DNA of 64,000 nucleotides from Kiritimatiellales bacterium (GTDB lineage: Bacteria; Verrucomicrobiota; Kiritimatiellia; Kiritimatiellales; Pontiellaceae). The position numbers and the translations under genes are program-made. The first letter of the stretch is position 1. The number at the start of each line of letters is the position of its first letter. The DNA lies in assembly GCA_003230915.1 (NCBI GenBank), contig QIHI01000055.1:2282-66281 (forward strand), read 5' to 3'. Below, one piece after another: positions 8,726-18,658 of this stretch. Below the pieces are notes generated by a model, which saw nothing but the letters and a program-made list of their open reading frames with translations, made no database searches and was not told where the DNA came from.

Positions 8726-11347
8726 ATGAGTACATTTGATTTTTCGAAGAAGCAGCTGGAGCTTTCCTCTGGTAAGAAGGTGGACTATTTCAGTCTTCAG
8801 TCTCTTGAGGAAAAGGGGTATGGCGACCTCTCGAAAACCCCGAAGTTGGTCAAGATTCTGATCGAATCACTCGTGCGTATGCAAGGGCACCCCGCTTATA
8901 CGCCCGAGCAGGTAGAGACTTTAGTCAAGTGGTCACCGAAGGCGGAGAAGGAAGAACTGCCCTACATGCCTGCCCGCGTGCTGTTACAGGATTTTACCGG
9001 TGTGCCGTGCATCGTCGATCTTGCTGCGTTGCGTTCCGCAATGCAGAAGGCCGGTAAAGATGCTGGGCAGATCGAACCGCTTATTCCTGTCGATCTTGTG
9101 ATTGACCACTCTGTCCAGCTCGACGATGCGGGACATGCCGCATCGTTCAGCATCAATGTCGGGCGCGAATTCGAGCGCAATGAAGAACGTTATAAATTCC
9201 TGAAATGGGGGCAACAGGCTTTTGAAAAGTTGCGCGTACTGCCTCCAGGTCTCGGCATCTGCCACCAGATCAATATGGAATACCTTGCTGGTTGCGTGAT
9301 GTTGGACGACGATGGTGTTGCTTATCCCGATACGCTGGTTGGAACAGATTCGCACACGACCACGATTAACTGCATGGGTGTATTGGGCTGGGGTGTTGGC
9401 GGTATTGAAGCGGAGGCGGCGATGCTCGGGCAACCCATTCCGATCCTTACGCCGGAAGTGGTTGGTTTTAAAATGACGGGATCGCTGAGCGCGGGCGTTA
9501 CGGCCACCGACCTGGCGTTGACTGTGACCAAAATGTTGCGCGAAAAAGGCGTGGTTGGAAAATTTGTCGAGTTCTATGGTGAAGGTGCGGCGAAACTCTC
9601 GCTGGCCGACCGCTGCCCCGTTGCCAATATGGCTCCCGAATACGGTGCAACGATGGGCTTCTTCGCGGTCGACGAAAACACCATCGGCTACCTCCGCGAA
9701 ACGGGTCGCGACGAAGAGCAGTGCGAGCTGGTGGAAGCCTACTGCAAGGCGCAGGGTCTTTGGGGATTCGCCGATGAAGCTGACTATACCGATACGCTCG
9801 ATCTCGATTTATCCAGCGTCGCTGCTTGCGTGGCGGGGCCGAACAAGCCACAGCAACGCCTGGCGCTTTCCGACCTCAAGAAAGAGTTCAACGATGATTT
9901 TAATCCGTCCGATATCGAAGTGGATGTGCCGGGCTATGGAACGCTTAAAAACGGTTCGATCATTATTGCCTCGATCACCAGCTGCACCAATACCTCTAAC
10001 CCAAGTCTGGTGATGGGTGCAGGGCTGGTGGCCAAAAAGGCGGTGGAGAAAGGGTTGACGATTCCGGCCTACGTTAAAACCTCGCTGGCACCGGGATCGC
10101 AGGTGGCAACCGAATATCTGAAAGAGTCCGGTCTGCTGACTCCGCTCGAAACGCTGGGCTTCAATGTGGCCGCCTACGGTTGCGCCACCTGCATTGGCAA
10201 TAGCGGGCCTTGTGCCGAGCCGATCGAGGCCGCTATCAAGGAGCATGGCCTGACCGTGGGTGCGGTACTCTCTGGCAACCGAAATTTCGAAGGGCGTGTA
10301 CACCCGCTGACCCGCTCGAACTACTTAGCCTCCCCGGCATTGGTGGTTGCCTACGGTTTGGCGGGTACGGTCAACATTGATTTGGAAAATGATCCGATTG
10401 GGCAAGATCAAGATGGCAATAACGTCTACCTGAAAGATATCTGGTATTCCGAAGAAGAGCTGGCCGAAGTAATAAAGGTTGCAGCGAACAGTGAATATTA
10501 CAAGTCTATCTATGCCGATATCTTTACTGCAAACGAACAGTGGAATGAGCTGGAAGTCGCTACCGGCGAAACCTTCGCTTGGGAGGATACTTCGACCTAC
10601 ATTCGCGAACCTACTTTCTTTGATGGGTGTGAAAATCCAGCTGGTGGGCTGAACAATATTGAAGATGCGGCTGTGTTGGGCTACTTCGGCGACTTCATCA
10701 CGACCGACCATATTTCTCCGGCTGGCGTGATTCCCGAAGAAAACCCGGCCACACAATATCTGCTTGAACAGGGCATCGAAAAAAAGGATTTCAACAGCTT
10801 CGGGTCGCGTCGTGGAAACCACGAAGTGATGATGCGTGGCACGTTTGGCAATATTCGCATTGATAACAAGTTGGTCGATCGCGACGGTGGATTCACGGTT
10901 AAGGACGGTGAAACGATGCCGATCTACACGGCGGCCATGAAATACATCGAAGAAGGCAAAAGTCTCGTTGTGCTGGCCGGAAAAATGTATGGCGCGGGAT
11001 CGTCGCGCGACTGGGCGGCTAAAGGTACTAAGCTCCAGGGGGTCAAGGCCGTCATCGCCGAAAGCTTCGAACGCATTCACCGCTCGAATCTGGTGGGCAT
11101 GGGCGTGGTACCGTGCGAATTCATCAATGGTGAAACCGCCGAGAGCCTCGGCCTCACCGGGAAGGAAAGCTTCACGATCACCGGCATCGCATCTGATTTT
11201 TCTCCGGGCAAAATCTTAACCGTGAAAGCCGATGATAAAACCTTTCAGGTGAAAGCCCGTGTTGATACCCCACTTGAGATTGAGTACCTCAAAAACGGCG
11301 GTGTACTCAGCTACGTGTTGCGCAACTTTATTGCTGCGGATGCGTAG
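8726..11347 (+). CDS. acnA: Aconitate hydratase A
   Basis: RVLLQDFTGVP, DLVIDHSVQ, GICHQIN, GTDSHT, SCTNTSNP, GCATCIGNSG, TTDHISPAG, GSSRDWAAKG. Start moved to ATG 8726 (AGGA RBS). Confidence 0.96.
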   Translation: MSTFDFSKKQLELSSGKKVDYFSLQSLEEKGYGDLSKTPKLVKILIESLVRMQGHPAYTPEQVETLVKWSPKAEKEELPYMPARVLLQDFTGVPCIVDLAALRSAMQKAGKDAGQIEPLIPVDLVIDHSVQLDDAGHAASFSINVGREFERNEERYKFLKWGQQAFEKLRVLPPGLGICHQINMEYLAGCVMLDDDGVAYPDTLVGTDSHTTTINCMGVLGWGVGGIEAEAAMLGQPIPILTPEVVGFKMTGSLSAGVTATDLALTVTKMLREKGVVGKFVEFYGEGAAKLSLADRCPVANMAPEYGATMGFFAVDENTIGYLRETGRDEEQCELVEAYCKAQGLWGFADEADYTDTLDLDLSSVAACVAGPNKPQQRLALSDLKKEFNDDFNPSDIEVDVPGYGTLKNGSIIIASITSCTNTSNPSLVMGAGLVAKKAVEKGLTIPAYVKTSLAPGSQVATEYLKESGLLTPLETLGFNVAAYGCATCIGNSGPCAEPIEAAIKEHGLTVGAVLSGNRNFEGRVHPLTRSNYLASPALVVAYGLAGTVNIDLENDPIGQDQDGNNVYLKDIWYSEEELAEVIKVAANSEYYKSIYADIFTANEQWNELEVATGETFAWEDTSTYIREPTFFDGCENPAGGLNNIEDAAVLGYFGDFITTDHISPAGVIPEENPATQYLLEQGIEKKDFNSFGSRRGNHEVMMRGTFGNIRIDNKLVDRDGGFTVKDGETMPIYTAAMKYIEEGKSLVVLAGKMYGAGSSRDWAAKGTKLQGVKAVIAESFERIHRSNLVGMGVVPCEFINGETAESLGLTGKESFTITGIASDFSPGKILTVKADDKTFQVKARVDTPLEIEYLKNGGVLSYVLRNFIAADA

Positions 11348-11378
11348 GTGTGTGATTTTATATACTTGAGGTGAGGCA

Positions 11379-11408
11379 GAAAAAGAGGTCAAAATAGACC
11401 GCTTTTTC
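11379..11408 (+). terminator. Terminator after acnA
   Basis: GAAAAAGAGGTC-loop-GACCGCTTTTTC hairpin. Confidence 0.65.
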
Positions 11409-11654
11409 ATTGCGACACGCGTCTCCGATTCAGCGTTGCTGAAGGGATAGCTTTTTGTCACGCCCTCATCTAAAAGCACAACTCTCATATTTCATGAATA
11501 CTCTCTCTCGGTGCATGGTCATAAAGAAAGGTTCGGGCAAATTTGCAATGGAAGTACGTCTTTATTATACTATCTTAAAAATGTGGTTGGAAACATGCTC
11601 TGAGAACAGGGCAACTAACCACAAATGTATATATTACAACTAAGGAAGCGGTTT

Positions 11655-12443
11655 ATGAAATACGGTAAAAAGATTTTGATATATGGGTGTTGTCTAACCT
11701 TCATTATTCAACTCACTGAGATCGTGCAGGCGGCGGAGCCTAATGCGTCCAAACCGAGTCCTGATGAAGTGCTGATGATGCTTAAAAAAGGGAATGAACG
11801 TTTTTACTCTGAACAGGCGACCTATCCTCATGCCAATGCTGCCCGTGTTAAATTAGCTGGAGAGAAAAATCAGGGAAACTATGCCTATGCAACGATTATT
11901 TCCTGCTCGGATTCACGTGTTCCTGTCGAGTTAATCTTTGATGCTGGTGTTATGGATATTTTTGTCATCAGAATTGCTGGCAATGTGTGCGATACCGATG
12001 AAATTGGATCCATCGAATATGGCTTGGCACATGTCAATACGCCCCTATTTGTTATGTTAGGACACACGCAATGCGGTGCTGTTAGTGCCGTCACGCACGC
12101 GGTACAAGGGAAAGGACAAGCCCTTGAGCGTAATATCCCCCCGCTGGTCGATAATATTATTCCAGCGGTGAAGCGGGCGATAGAAGGCCATAAAGACGCT
12201 ATTGGCGACGCAGTAATTCCGTATGCCATCGAAGAAAATGTGTGGCAAGGTATTGAAGATCTCTTTATGAAAAGTCCGGCCACTCGTAATCTTGTCAACG
12301 CAGGAAAAGTTAAAGTAGTTGCTGCAATCTACGACGTTGGCACAGGCCAAGTTAGTTGGTTGCCCTCAGAGAGGACGGACGAAATCCTCAAACGGGTTGA
12401 AGCCTCTTCCGACAAAGAGACGGAACCGATGGCTACAAAATAA
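11655..12443 (+). CDS. Exported beta-class carbonic anhydrase
   Basis: CSDSRVP and GHTQCGAV zinc ligands. N-terminal Sec-type signal (MKYGKKILIYG...VQA-AE). Confidence 0.9.
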   Translation: MKYGKKILIYGCCLTFIIQLTEIVQAAEPNASKPSPDEVLMMLKKGNERFYSEQATYPHANAARVKLAGEKNQGNYAYATIISCSDSRVPVELIFDAGVMDIFVIRIAGNVCDTDEIGSIEYGLAHVNTPLFVMLGHTQCGAVSAVTHAVQGKGQALERNIPPLVDNIIPAVKRAIEGHKDAIGDAVIPYAIEENVWQGIEDLFMKSPATRNLVNAGKVKVVAAIYDVGTGQVSWLPSERTDEILKRVEASSDKETEPMATK

Positions 12444-12452
12444 AAGGCTCTG

Positions 12453-12486
12453 AAAAAAGGCGGACTCATATTGGGCCGCTTTTTTT
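12453..12486 (+). terminator. Terminator after carbonic anhydrase
   Basis: A6-GGCGG...CCGC-T7 hairpin. Confidence 0.7.
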
Positions 12487-12644
12487 ATTGCTGCGGGATC
12501 CGCTCTCTAGAGCAAAGGGTAAGATTGCATCATTTTCCATACCCCCTTTTTTCCTCTACAATGAACGAATTGATGAGCATCCTGTCCTAAACGATATATT
12601 GCATACTATTTTATGCGGGTTAACGAATCCTGAAGGAGGATAAA

Positions 12645-13088
12645 ATGAAGAAGTGGTTGATTATATGGGCAACACTAGCGTTAGGTGTGGGGGCATTTGC
12701 GGCGGAAGACTGGGAAACAAATTTTGAGAAAGCTTCGATGAAAGCCAAGGCCGAAGGCAAGCATATGCTGATCGACTTCAGCGGCTCCGACTGGTGTGGT
12801 TGGTGCATCAAGCTAGATAATGAGGTCTTTTCCAAAGAGGCTTTTAAGGCGTATGCCAAAGAAAACCTTGTTTTAGTACTAGCCGATTTCCCACGCGATG
12901 ACTCCAAACAGAGCGCCGAGCTGAAAAAGCAAAATAAGGCATTATCCGAAAAGTTTTCCGTGCGAGGTTTCCCGACGGTGATTATCCTCGATTCCGAAGG
13001 AAAGAATGTGGCACGGGCCGGTTATCAGGCTGGCGGCCCCGAGGCTTATGTTGAATACGTAAAAAAGCTTATTGCTGAAGCCAAATAG
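12645..13088 (+). CDS. Exported thioredoxin-fold protein, DsbH-like
   Basis: Signal peptide, DFSGSDWCGWC active site, cis-Pro loop RGFPT. Confidence 0.88.
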   Translation: MKKWLIIWATLALGVGAFAAEDWETNFEKASMKAKAEGKHMLIDFSGSDWCGWCIKLDNEVFSKEAFKAYAKENLVLVLADFPRDDSKQSAELKKQNKALSEKFSVRGFPTVIILDSEGKNVARAGYQAGGPEAYVEYVKKLIAEAK

Positions 13089-13113
13089 TTTTTTCCATGC
13101 ATCGGAAATGAAG

Positions 13114-13141
13114 AAGGCCATCCATGACGGGTGGCTTTTTT
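13114..13141 (+). terminator. Terminator after the thioredoxin gene
   Basis: AGGCCATCC/GGGTGGCTT stem plus T run. Confidence 0.7.
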
Positions 13142-13182
13142 GTGGGGGTAGGTTTCTCAGCTTACTCCGTTATGGTGACAAT

Positions 13183-13213
13183 AAAAAAGTCGACCGGTGA
13201 CCGATCGACTTTT
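13183..13213 (-). terminator. Terminator of fusA
   Basis: AAAAGTCGA...TCGACTTTT hairpin with a T run on the minus strand, about 20 nt after the fusA stop. Confidence 0.7.
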
Positions 13214-13235
13214 CTGTTTCCAGATTTGGAAACGA

Positions 13236-15320
13236 CTACCTGATTTTTCCATCTTCGCGCCGCTTATTGACCACCTCTTCGGCAATCGAGAACGGAACAG
13301 CCTCGTAGTGTTCGAAGGTCATCGAGAACGATGCACGACCCTGCGTTAGAGAGCGGATCGTGTTAGAGTAACCGAACATTTCACTCAGCGGAACCATGCC
13401 CTTAACGATCTTCATGCCACCGCGCTCGTCCATGGACTCGATGCGTCCACGACGCTGTGCAATGGTGCCGTTACAGGCTCCCATGAATTCGTCGGGGGTA
13501 GTGATCTCGATGCTCATGATCGGTTCCAGCAACTGCGGGTTACCTCTCATAAAGAGTTCCTTGAATCCTTGGCGTCCAGCAATTTGGAAGGCAAAGTCGG
13601 AAGAGTCGACATCGTGGTATGAGCCGTCGGTCAAAGTAACCTTCATGTCCACGACGGGGTAGCCTGCAAATGGGCCGGATGCCAGTGCTTGGATAACACC
13701 TTTTTCTACGGAAGGAATATATTCCGAAGGGATGCGTCCGCCGGTAACTTCGTTGACGAATTCGAACCCGTCGCCCGGCTTGCCCGGCTCAACGCGCATG
13801 ACCACGTGCCCATATTGGCCACGACCACCAGACTGCTTGGAGTGTTTGTAGGCCCCATCGGTCGGGGAGGTTGCGGTTTCGCGATAGGCTACTTCTGGGC
13901 GACCCACTTCAGCCACTACGCTAAATTCACGCCGGAGGCGGTCAACGATAATTTCCAAGTGAAGCTCACCCATGCCTGAAATAATGGTCTCTCCGGTTTC
14001 ATGGTCGAAGGCCACCGTGAAGGTGGGGTCTTCATCGGCTAGGCGGTGCAATGCTTCGCCCAGCTTTTCGTTGTCAGCGTTGGATTCCGGTTTGATCGAA
14101 ATGCTGATAACCGGCGCCGGGAAGTCCATGGACTCCAGAAAGATTTCGTTGTCCTTGTGGCAGATCGTATCACCGGTTTTGGTTTCGGAAAGCCCGGCTA
14201 CGGCAATGATATCGCCAGCCACGGCTTCGGAGATTGCTTCTTGGCGGTTCGCGTGCATGCGGAGTAAGCGACCGATGCGCTGTTTTTTCTGCTGGGAGCT
14301 GTTCCATATAGTTTCGCCCGCTTTGAGGGTGCCGGAATAAATACGCAGATAGGTCAGCTTGCCCATATGTTTGTCGGACATAATCTTGAAGGCCAGTGCG
14401 GAGAGCACCTCGTCGTCGTTAACTTTACGCTGATTTTCCGGATCTTTGGTACAGATAATTGGCGGAATTTCGTTCGGTGCAGGAAGAATCTTGATGACCC
14501 CGTCGAGTACCTGCTGAACGCCTTTGTTCTTGAAGGCGGATCCGCAGAACACGGGCACGACCTGACGGGAGCAGGTGGCTACTCGCAGGATTTTCCAAAT
14601 TTCTTTTTCGGTCAAATCGCCTTCTTCGAAATATTTTTCGAGCATTTCTTCGTCTTGCTCAGCACATTTTTCGACGAGGTTGTTGCGCCATTCCTTGGCT
14701 TCGTCCAACAAGTCGGCTGGAATTTCGGTTTCGTCCCATTCCGCGCCTTGGGAATCTTCCTTGAAGATCAGGGCTTTCATGGTGATGAGGTCGATCACTC
14801 CGGCGAACTCATCGGAGGCCCCGATTGGAATAACGACCGGAACGGCATTGGCACCTAACATGTTTTTGATGCCTGCCACCACGCCGAAGAAGTCAGCACC
14901 GATGCGGTCCATCTTGTTGATAAAGGCAATTTTCGGTACTTCATAGCGTTCGGATTGATGCCAAACGGTTTCGGACTGGGGCTGGACGCCGCCGACAGCA
15001 CAATAGAGGGCGATGGCTCCATCGAGTACGCGCAACGAACGTTCCACTTCCATGGTGAAGTCCACGTGGCCGGGGGTGTCGATGATCGAAATCATGTGAT
15101 CCTTCCACATGCAAGTGGTGGCGGCAGAAGTAATCGTGATGCCACGTTCCTGTTCCTGTTCCATCCAGTCCATGGTGGCGGCGCCGTCATGGACTTCTCC
15201 GATTTTATGCGAACGGCCGGTGTAATACAGGATACGTTCGGTTACGGTGGTTTTTCCGGCATCAATGTGCGCCATGATTCCAATGTTACGGACATTCTTC
15301 AAAGGGACTTCTCTAGCCAT
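13236..15320 (-). CDS. fusA: Elongation factor G (stand-alone copy)
   Basis: [60 protein letters not shown]. Confidence 0.95.
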   Translation of the reverse strand: MAREVPLKNVRNIGIMAHIDAGKTTVTERILYYTGRSHKIGEVHDGAATMDWMEQEQERGITITSAATTCMWKDHMISIIDTPGHVDFTMEVERSLRVLDGAIALYCAVGGVQPQSETVWHQSERYEVPKIAFINKMDRIGADFFGVVAGIKNMLGANAVPVVIPIGASDEFAGVIDLITMKALIFKEDSQGAEWDETEIPADLLDEAKEWRNNLVEKCAEQDEEMLEKYFEEGDLTEKEIWKILRVATCSRQVVPVFCGSAFKNKGVQQVLDGVIKILPAPNEIPPIICTKDPENQRKVNDDEVLSALAFKIMSDKHMGKLTYLRIYSGTLKAGETIWNSSQQKKQRIGRLLRMHANRQEAISEAVAGDIIAVAGLSETKTGDTICHKDNEIFLESMDFPAPVISISIKPESNADNEKLGEALHRLADEDPTFTVAFDHETGETIISGMGELHLEIIVDRLRREFSVVAEVGRPEVAYRETATSPTDGAYKHSKQSGGRGQYGHVVMRVEPGKPGDGFEFVNEVTGGRIPSEYIPSVEKGVIQALASGPFAGYPVVDMKVTLTDGSYHDVDSSDFAFQIAGRQGFKELFMRGNPQLLEPIMSIEITTPDEFMGACNGTIAQRRGRIESMDERGGMKIVKGMVPLSEMFGYSNTIRSLTQGRASFSMTFEHYEAVPFSIAEEVVNKRREDGKIR

Positions 15321-15473
15321 TGATTTTCCTCGTTAAATACTCTCTGTTAACCTTATCTTAAAGGCGCGCAATATGCCGATTGGACTGCTTTACTGCAAGG
15401 CAGAAACCAGCAAAATTATTCTACCTAAAAATCTCGTACGCAACCCTGCAGTTTAGGTTTACTCCTTCGTGCT

Positions 15474-16250
15474 ATGTTTATTGATTCACATGTTCATTTC
15501 GATGACTTCGTCAAGGATGAGACCCTTGCGAAATATCTAGAAAATGCCAAGGAGGCCAATGTTAATGAAATGGTCGCTATCGGCGGGTCAACCGAGGCCA
15601 ATACACTTTCGCTGAAATTGGCGAGGGCGCATCCGGGTTGCATCTTTGGTTGCGCGGGCTATGATCGCGATTTGGCTACCAAAGACTATGATCTTTCCGA
15701 GTTGCGTGGATCTCTGGAAAATCCGTTGGTCAAGGCGGTCGGCGAAACTGGGTTAGACTATTACTATACCGCCGAAACTGCTACCGAGCAAAAAAAGCTG
15801 TTTGCCGAAAATCTGGCGTTGGCCGCGGAGTTTGAAAAACCGGTGGTGGTGCATTCGCGCGATGCCGACGAAGATACGCTTGCCCTGCTGAAAGATTATT
15901 CCAAGGACTGGAAGAGCGATCCCGGCCGTTTGGGCGTGCTGCACTGCTTTACGCGGGATGCCGCCTTTGCTCGGAAAGTACTTGATTTGGGGCTAATGAT
16001 TAGTTTTAGCGGCATTGTTACATTTGCTAATGCCAACCCGTTGCGCGAAGTGGTGAAGTATGTGCCGGATGATCGCTTGTTGATCGAGACGGACGCACCG
16101 TATCTTGCGCCGGTTCCCATGCGCGGCAATCGTAATGAACCGGCTTTCGTGGTTCATGTGGCTAAACAACTTGCGGTGCTACGCGGTGATTCGATAGACT
16201 CCATCGCGAATTTAACAGCACAAAATGCACGAGCGTTGTTTTCGCTTTAA
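15474..16250 (+). CDS. tatD: TatD-family hydrolase
   Basis: DSHVH, GETGLDY, VVHSRDA, LHCFT, LIETDAPYLAP. Confidence 0.93.
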   Translation: MFIDSHVHFDDFVKDETLAKYLENAKEANVNEMVAIGGSTEANTLSLKLARAHPGCIFGCAGYDRDLATKDYDLSELRGSLENPLVKAVGETGLDYYYTAETATEQKKLFAENLALAAEFEKPVVVHSRDADEDTLALLKDYSKDWKSDPGRLGVLHCFTRDAAFARKVLDLGLMISFSGIVTFANANPLREVVKYVPDDRLLIETDAPYLAPVPMRGNRNEPAFVVHVAKQLAVLRGDSIDSIANLTAQNARALFSL

Positions 16251-16263
16251 CCCAGGAAACACC

Positions 16264-17076
16264 ATGAAACTTTATCTGCCCGTTCTACTCGCCTCCGCTT
16301 GCTTTTCTACCATCGCTCAAACTAACGAAATACCCAAGGTTAGGGTGACGGGTGATCGTGTGAGCCTACGTTCAAACCCTGACTTAAACTCCGAACTGCT
16401 TGACCGTGCGATGAAGGGAGAGGAGCTACTATTTCTTGGAAAAACCAATGGATGGCTGGCTGTTCAGGCGCCTGAGAATTTGGATTTCTGGGTGTCGGGG
16501 CAGTATGTGCAGAATGGTACAGTGCAACCCACCAAGCTGAATATTCGTTCGGGGCCAAGTCCAAACTATAGCGTGGTCTGTGTAGTAAAGCAGGGAGATA
16601 CGCTGGCGTTACGCGGCGAATTCAACGAGTGGCTGAAGATTGCGCCGCCTGCCGGAAGTCGGGTCTGGATTAGCGCAGACTATGCCGAGTTGATCCAACC
16701 ACCTAAACTCGAACCTGAACCCGAACCGGTGGTCGAGTCCGAATTCGAGTCCGAACCGGCACCTATGGCGGCTCCCGAACCTCCGGAAAAGGAACTGCAG
16801 CCGCTGGTATTGGTGTTGGATAAAACCAAACCGCAGGGTGTCTACGACGAAATTCCCGGTGTACTCCGCCGCGCTAACCCAGGCTTATACAAGCTGGTAT
16901 TGCTCGTGGGTGATTTGGAGGAGCCAATCTGTCTGGTGCGAGGAAAGGAAGCGCAGATGGAGAGTTATCTAAACCGCTCAATGCTCATTAAGGGAAAGAA
17001 GTTCTGGGCCAAAGGGGTTGATCTGCCCATCCTCCAACCGGTTAAAATTCACCTCGATCCGATTCTGACTGATTAG
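16264..17076 (+). CDS. Exported protein with two bacterial SH3 domains, a Pro/Glu linker and a C-terminal domain
   Basis: Signal peptide; VTGDRVSLRSNP...GWLAV and LNIRSGPS...EWLKI...VWIS SH3b patterns; PEPEPV linker. Confidence 0.8.
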   Translation: MKLYLPVLLASACFSTIAQTNEIPKVRVTGDRVSLRSNPDLNSELLDRAMKGEELLFLGKTNGWLAVQAPENLDFWVSGQYVQNGTVQPTKLNIRSGPSPNYSVVCVVKQGDTLALRGEFNEWLKIAPPAGSRVWISADYAELIQPPKLEPEPEPVVESEFESEPAPMAAPEPPEKELQPLVLVLDKTKPQGVYDEIPGVLRRANPGLYKLVLLVGDLEEPICLVRGKEAQMESYLNRSMLIKGKKFWAKGVDLPILQPVKIHLDPILTD

Positions 17077-17090
17077 TTTGTGAGACGGTT

Positions 17091-17795
17091 ATGAAACGGT
17101 TTTTGGACCTTCTCTACCCGCGTCGTTGCATCGGCTGTGGTGTGTCATCACCTGAAACCTTCCGGTATATATGTTGGGATTGCTGGTCGGATGCGGCACG
17201 GGTGGAGCCGCCTTTTTGTGCATTGTGCGGCGATCCGGTGTCCGGAGCGGTTGATCACGATTTTATCTGCTATTCCTGTTCCGCGGAAAAACCAGCCTTC
17301 GATGGTGCACGCTCGACCGTCCGCTACGACGGGGTCGTAGGCGAGGCATTGCGGCAACTTAAATATGAAAAGGCGCTATGGCTTGCGCCCGACATGGCGG
17401 AACTGCTGCATAACTGCCTCGATGCCGAATATTCCGGCCGCTCGTTCGATTTACTCATACCGGTTCCGCTTCACCATGTGCGCCGTCGTGCGCGCGGCTA
17501 TAACCAATCTGCCGTACTCGCACACGAGCTGAGTCGCCGCGTGGGCTACCCTTCTGTACCCGGACTGCTTCGCCGAATTCGTCCAACCACCACGCAAACA
17601 AATTTGACAGCGAAACAACGGCTTAGTAACGTGGTTGGAGCTTTTCAATATAGAGGAGAAAAGCGACTGGCGAGTCGACGGGTTTTATTGGTCGACGATG
17701 TGATGACTACTGGGGCAACGGTGAATGCCTGCGCAAAAACGCTTAAAGAGGGCGGGGCGGTATCGGTTCATGTGATTACCGTGGCTCGGGGATAA
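17091..17795 (+). CDS. comF: ComF-family protein (double zinc ribbon plus phosphoribosyltransferase)
   Basis: Four CxxC pairs, RGYNQS, LLVDDVMTTGAT. Confidence 0.9.
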   Translation: MKRFLDLLYPRRCIGCGVSSPETFRYICWDCWSDAARVEPPFCALCGDPVSGAVDHDFICYSCSAEKPAFDGARSTVRYDGVVGEALRQLKYEKALWLAPDMAELLHNCLDAEYSGRSFDLLIPVPLHHVRRRARGYNQSAVLAHELSRRVGYPSVPGLLRRIRPTTTQTNLTAKQRLSNVVGAFQYRGEKRLASRRVLLVDDVMTTGATVNACAKTLKEGGAVSVHVITVARG

Positions 17796-17809
17796 CTAGA
17801 GGATTCAAT

Positions 17810-18658
17810 ATGGCTCTATTTGGAAGCAGCAAGAAGAACTATTCGACCATCACCGTCAAAAAGCGCGATGTGCCTGATGGCCTCTGGATGAAGTGTCCCT
17901 CTTGCAGTGAAATCGTCTATAAAGAAGAGGTTGCTGCCAATCTCGAAGTCTGCACTAAGTGCGACCACCATTTTACTCTCTCGCGTCAGGTGCGCCTTGA
18001 CCTGCTCTCCGACAAAGACACCTTCGAGGAATGGGCGGGCAACATTAAATCGGTCGATACCCTTGGCTTCACCGGTAAACTTTCCTACATCGACAAGCTT
18101 GAGGCCAATCAGAAAAAATCGGGATGGGATGATGCCATCACTGTTGGCGGTTGCAAACTCGGTGGGCGCGAGATCGGTCTGGGCGTGATGGATTTTTCCT
18201 TTCTTGGGGCAAGTATGGGTAGCGTAGTCGGTGAGCGTGTCACCCACCTCATCGAGCGTTGCACTGCGGAAAAGCGTCCTGTGCTACTCTCCTGCGCTTC
18301 TGGTGGCGCGCGTATGTATGAGGGTCTTCTGAGTCTAATGCAAATGGCCAAAACCAGCGCGGCGCTCGCTCGCCACGCCGAAGCAGGACTTCCCTATATC
18401 CCCATCCTAACGCACCCGACCATGGCCGGCGTCATGGCCAGTTTTGCCACTCTGGGCGACCTCATCGTCGCCGAACCCGAAGCTCTAATCGGCTTCGCTG
18501 GACCGCGCGTGATCAAAGAAACCATCCAGCAGGATCTTCCAGAAGGTTTCCAGCGTGCCGAATTTCTCGAAAAGCATGGCTTGATCGACATGGTTGTTCC
18601 GCGCAACGACTTGCGCGACCGCATGATCCTTGTGCTCGAATACCTGTGCGATAAGTAA
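17810..18658 (+). CDS. accD: Acetyl-CoA carboxylase carboxyltransferase beta subunit
   Basis: LWMKCPSC...CTKC zinc finger, GASMGSVVGE, SGGARMYEG, IGFAGPRVI. Confidence 0.96.
   Translation: MALFGSSKKNYSTITVKKRDVPDGLWMKCPSCSEIVYKEEVAANLEVCTKCDHHFTLSRQVRLDLLSDKDTFEEWAGNIKSVDTLGFTGKLSYIDKLEANQKKSGWDDAITVGGCKLGGREIGLGVMDFSFLGASMGSVVGERVTHLIERCTAEKRPVLLSCASGGARMYEGLLSLMQMAKTSAALARHAEAGLPYIPILTHPTMAGVMASFATLGDLIVAEPEALIGFAGPRVIKETIQQDLPEGFQRAEFLEKHGLIDMVVPRNDLRDRMILVLEYLCDK

Noticed and set aside
10325-11080. 251-aa ORF on the minus strand (also other long antisense ORFs such as 22556-23080, 53800-54429, 14367-14858, 57145-57654)
   Set aside because: Each lies fully antisense to a well-supported gene (acnA, glyS, gcvPA, fusA, leuB) and has no motifs. 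These are typical shadow ORFs caused by codon bias.
11409-11654. Gene remnant or ncRNA between acnA and the carbonic anhydrase
   Set aside because: Only short hairpins (TCAGCGTTGCTGA) and motif-less ORFs, which is not enough to support a call.
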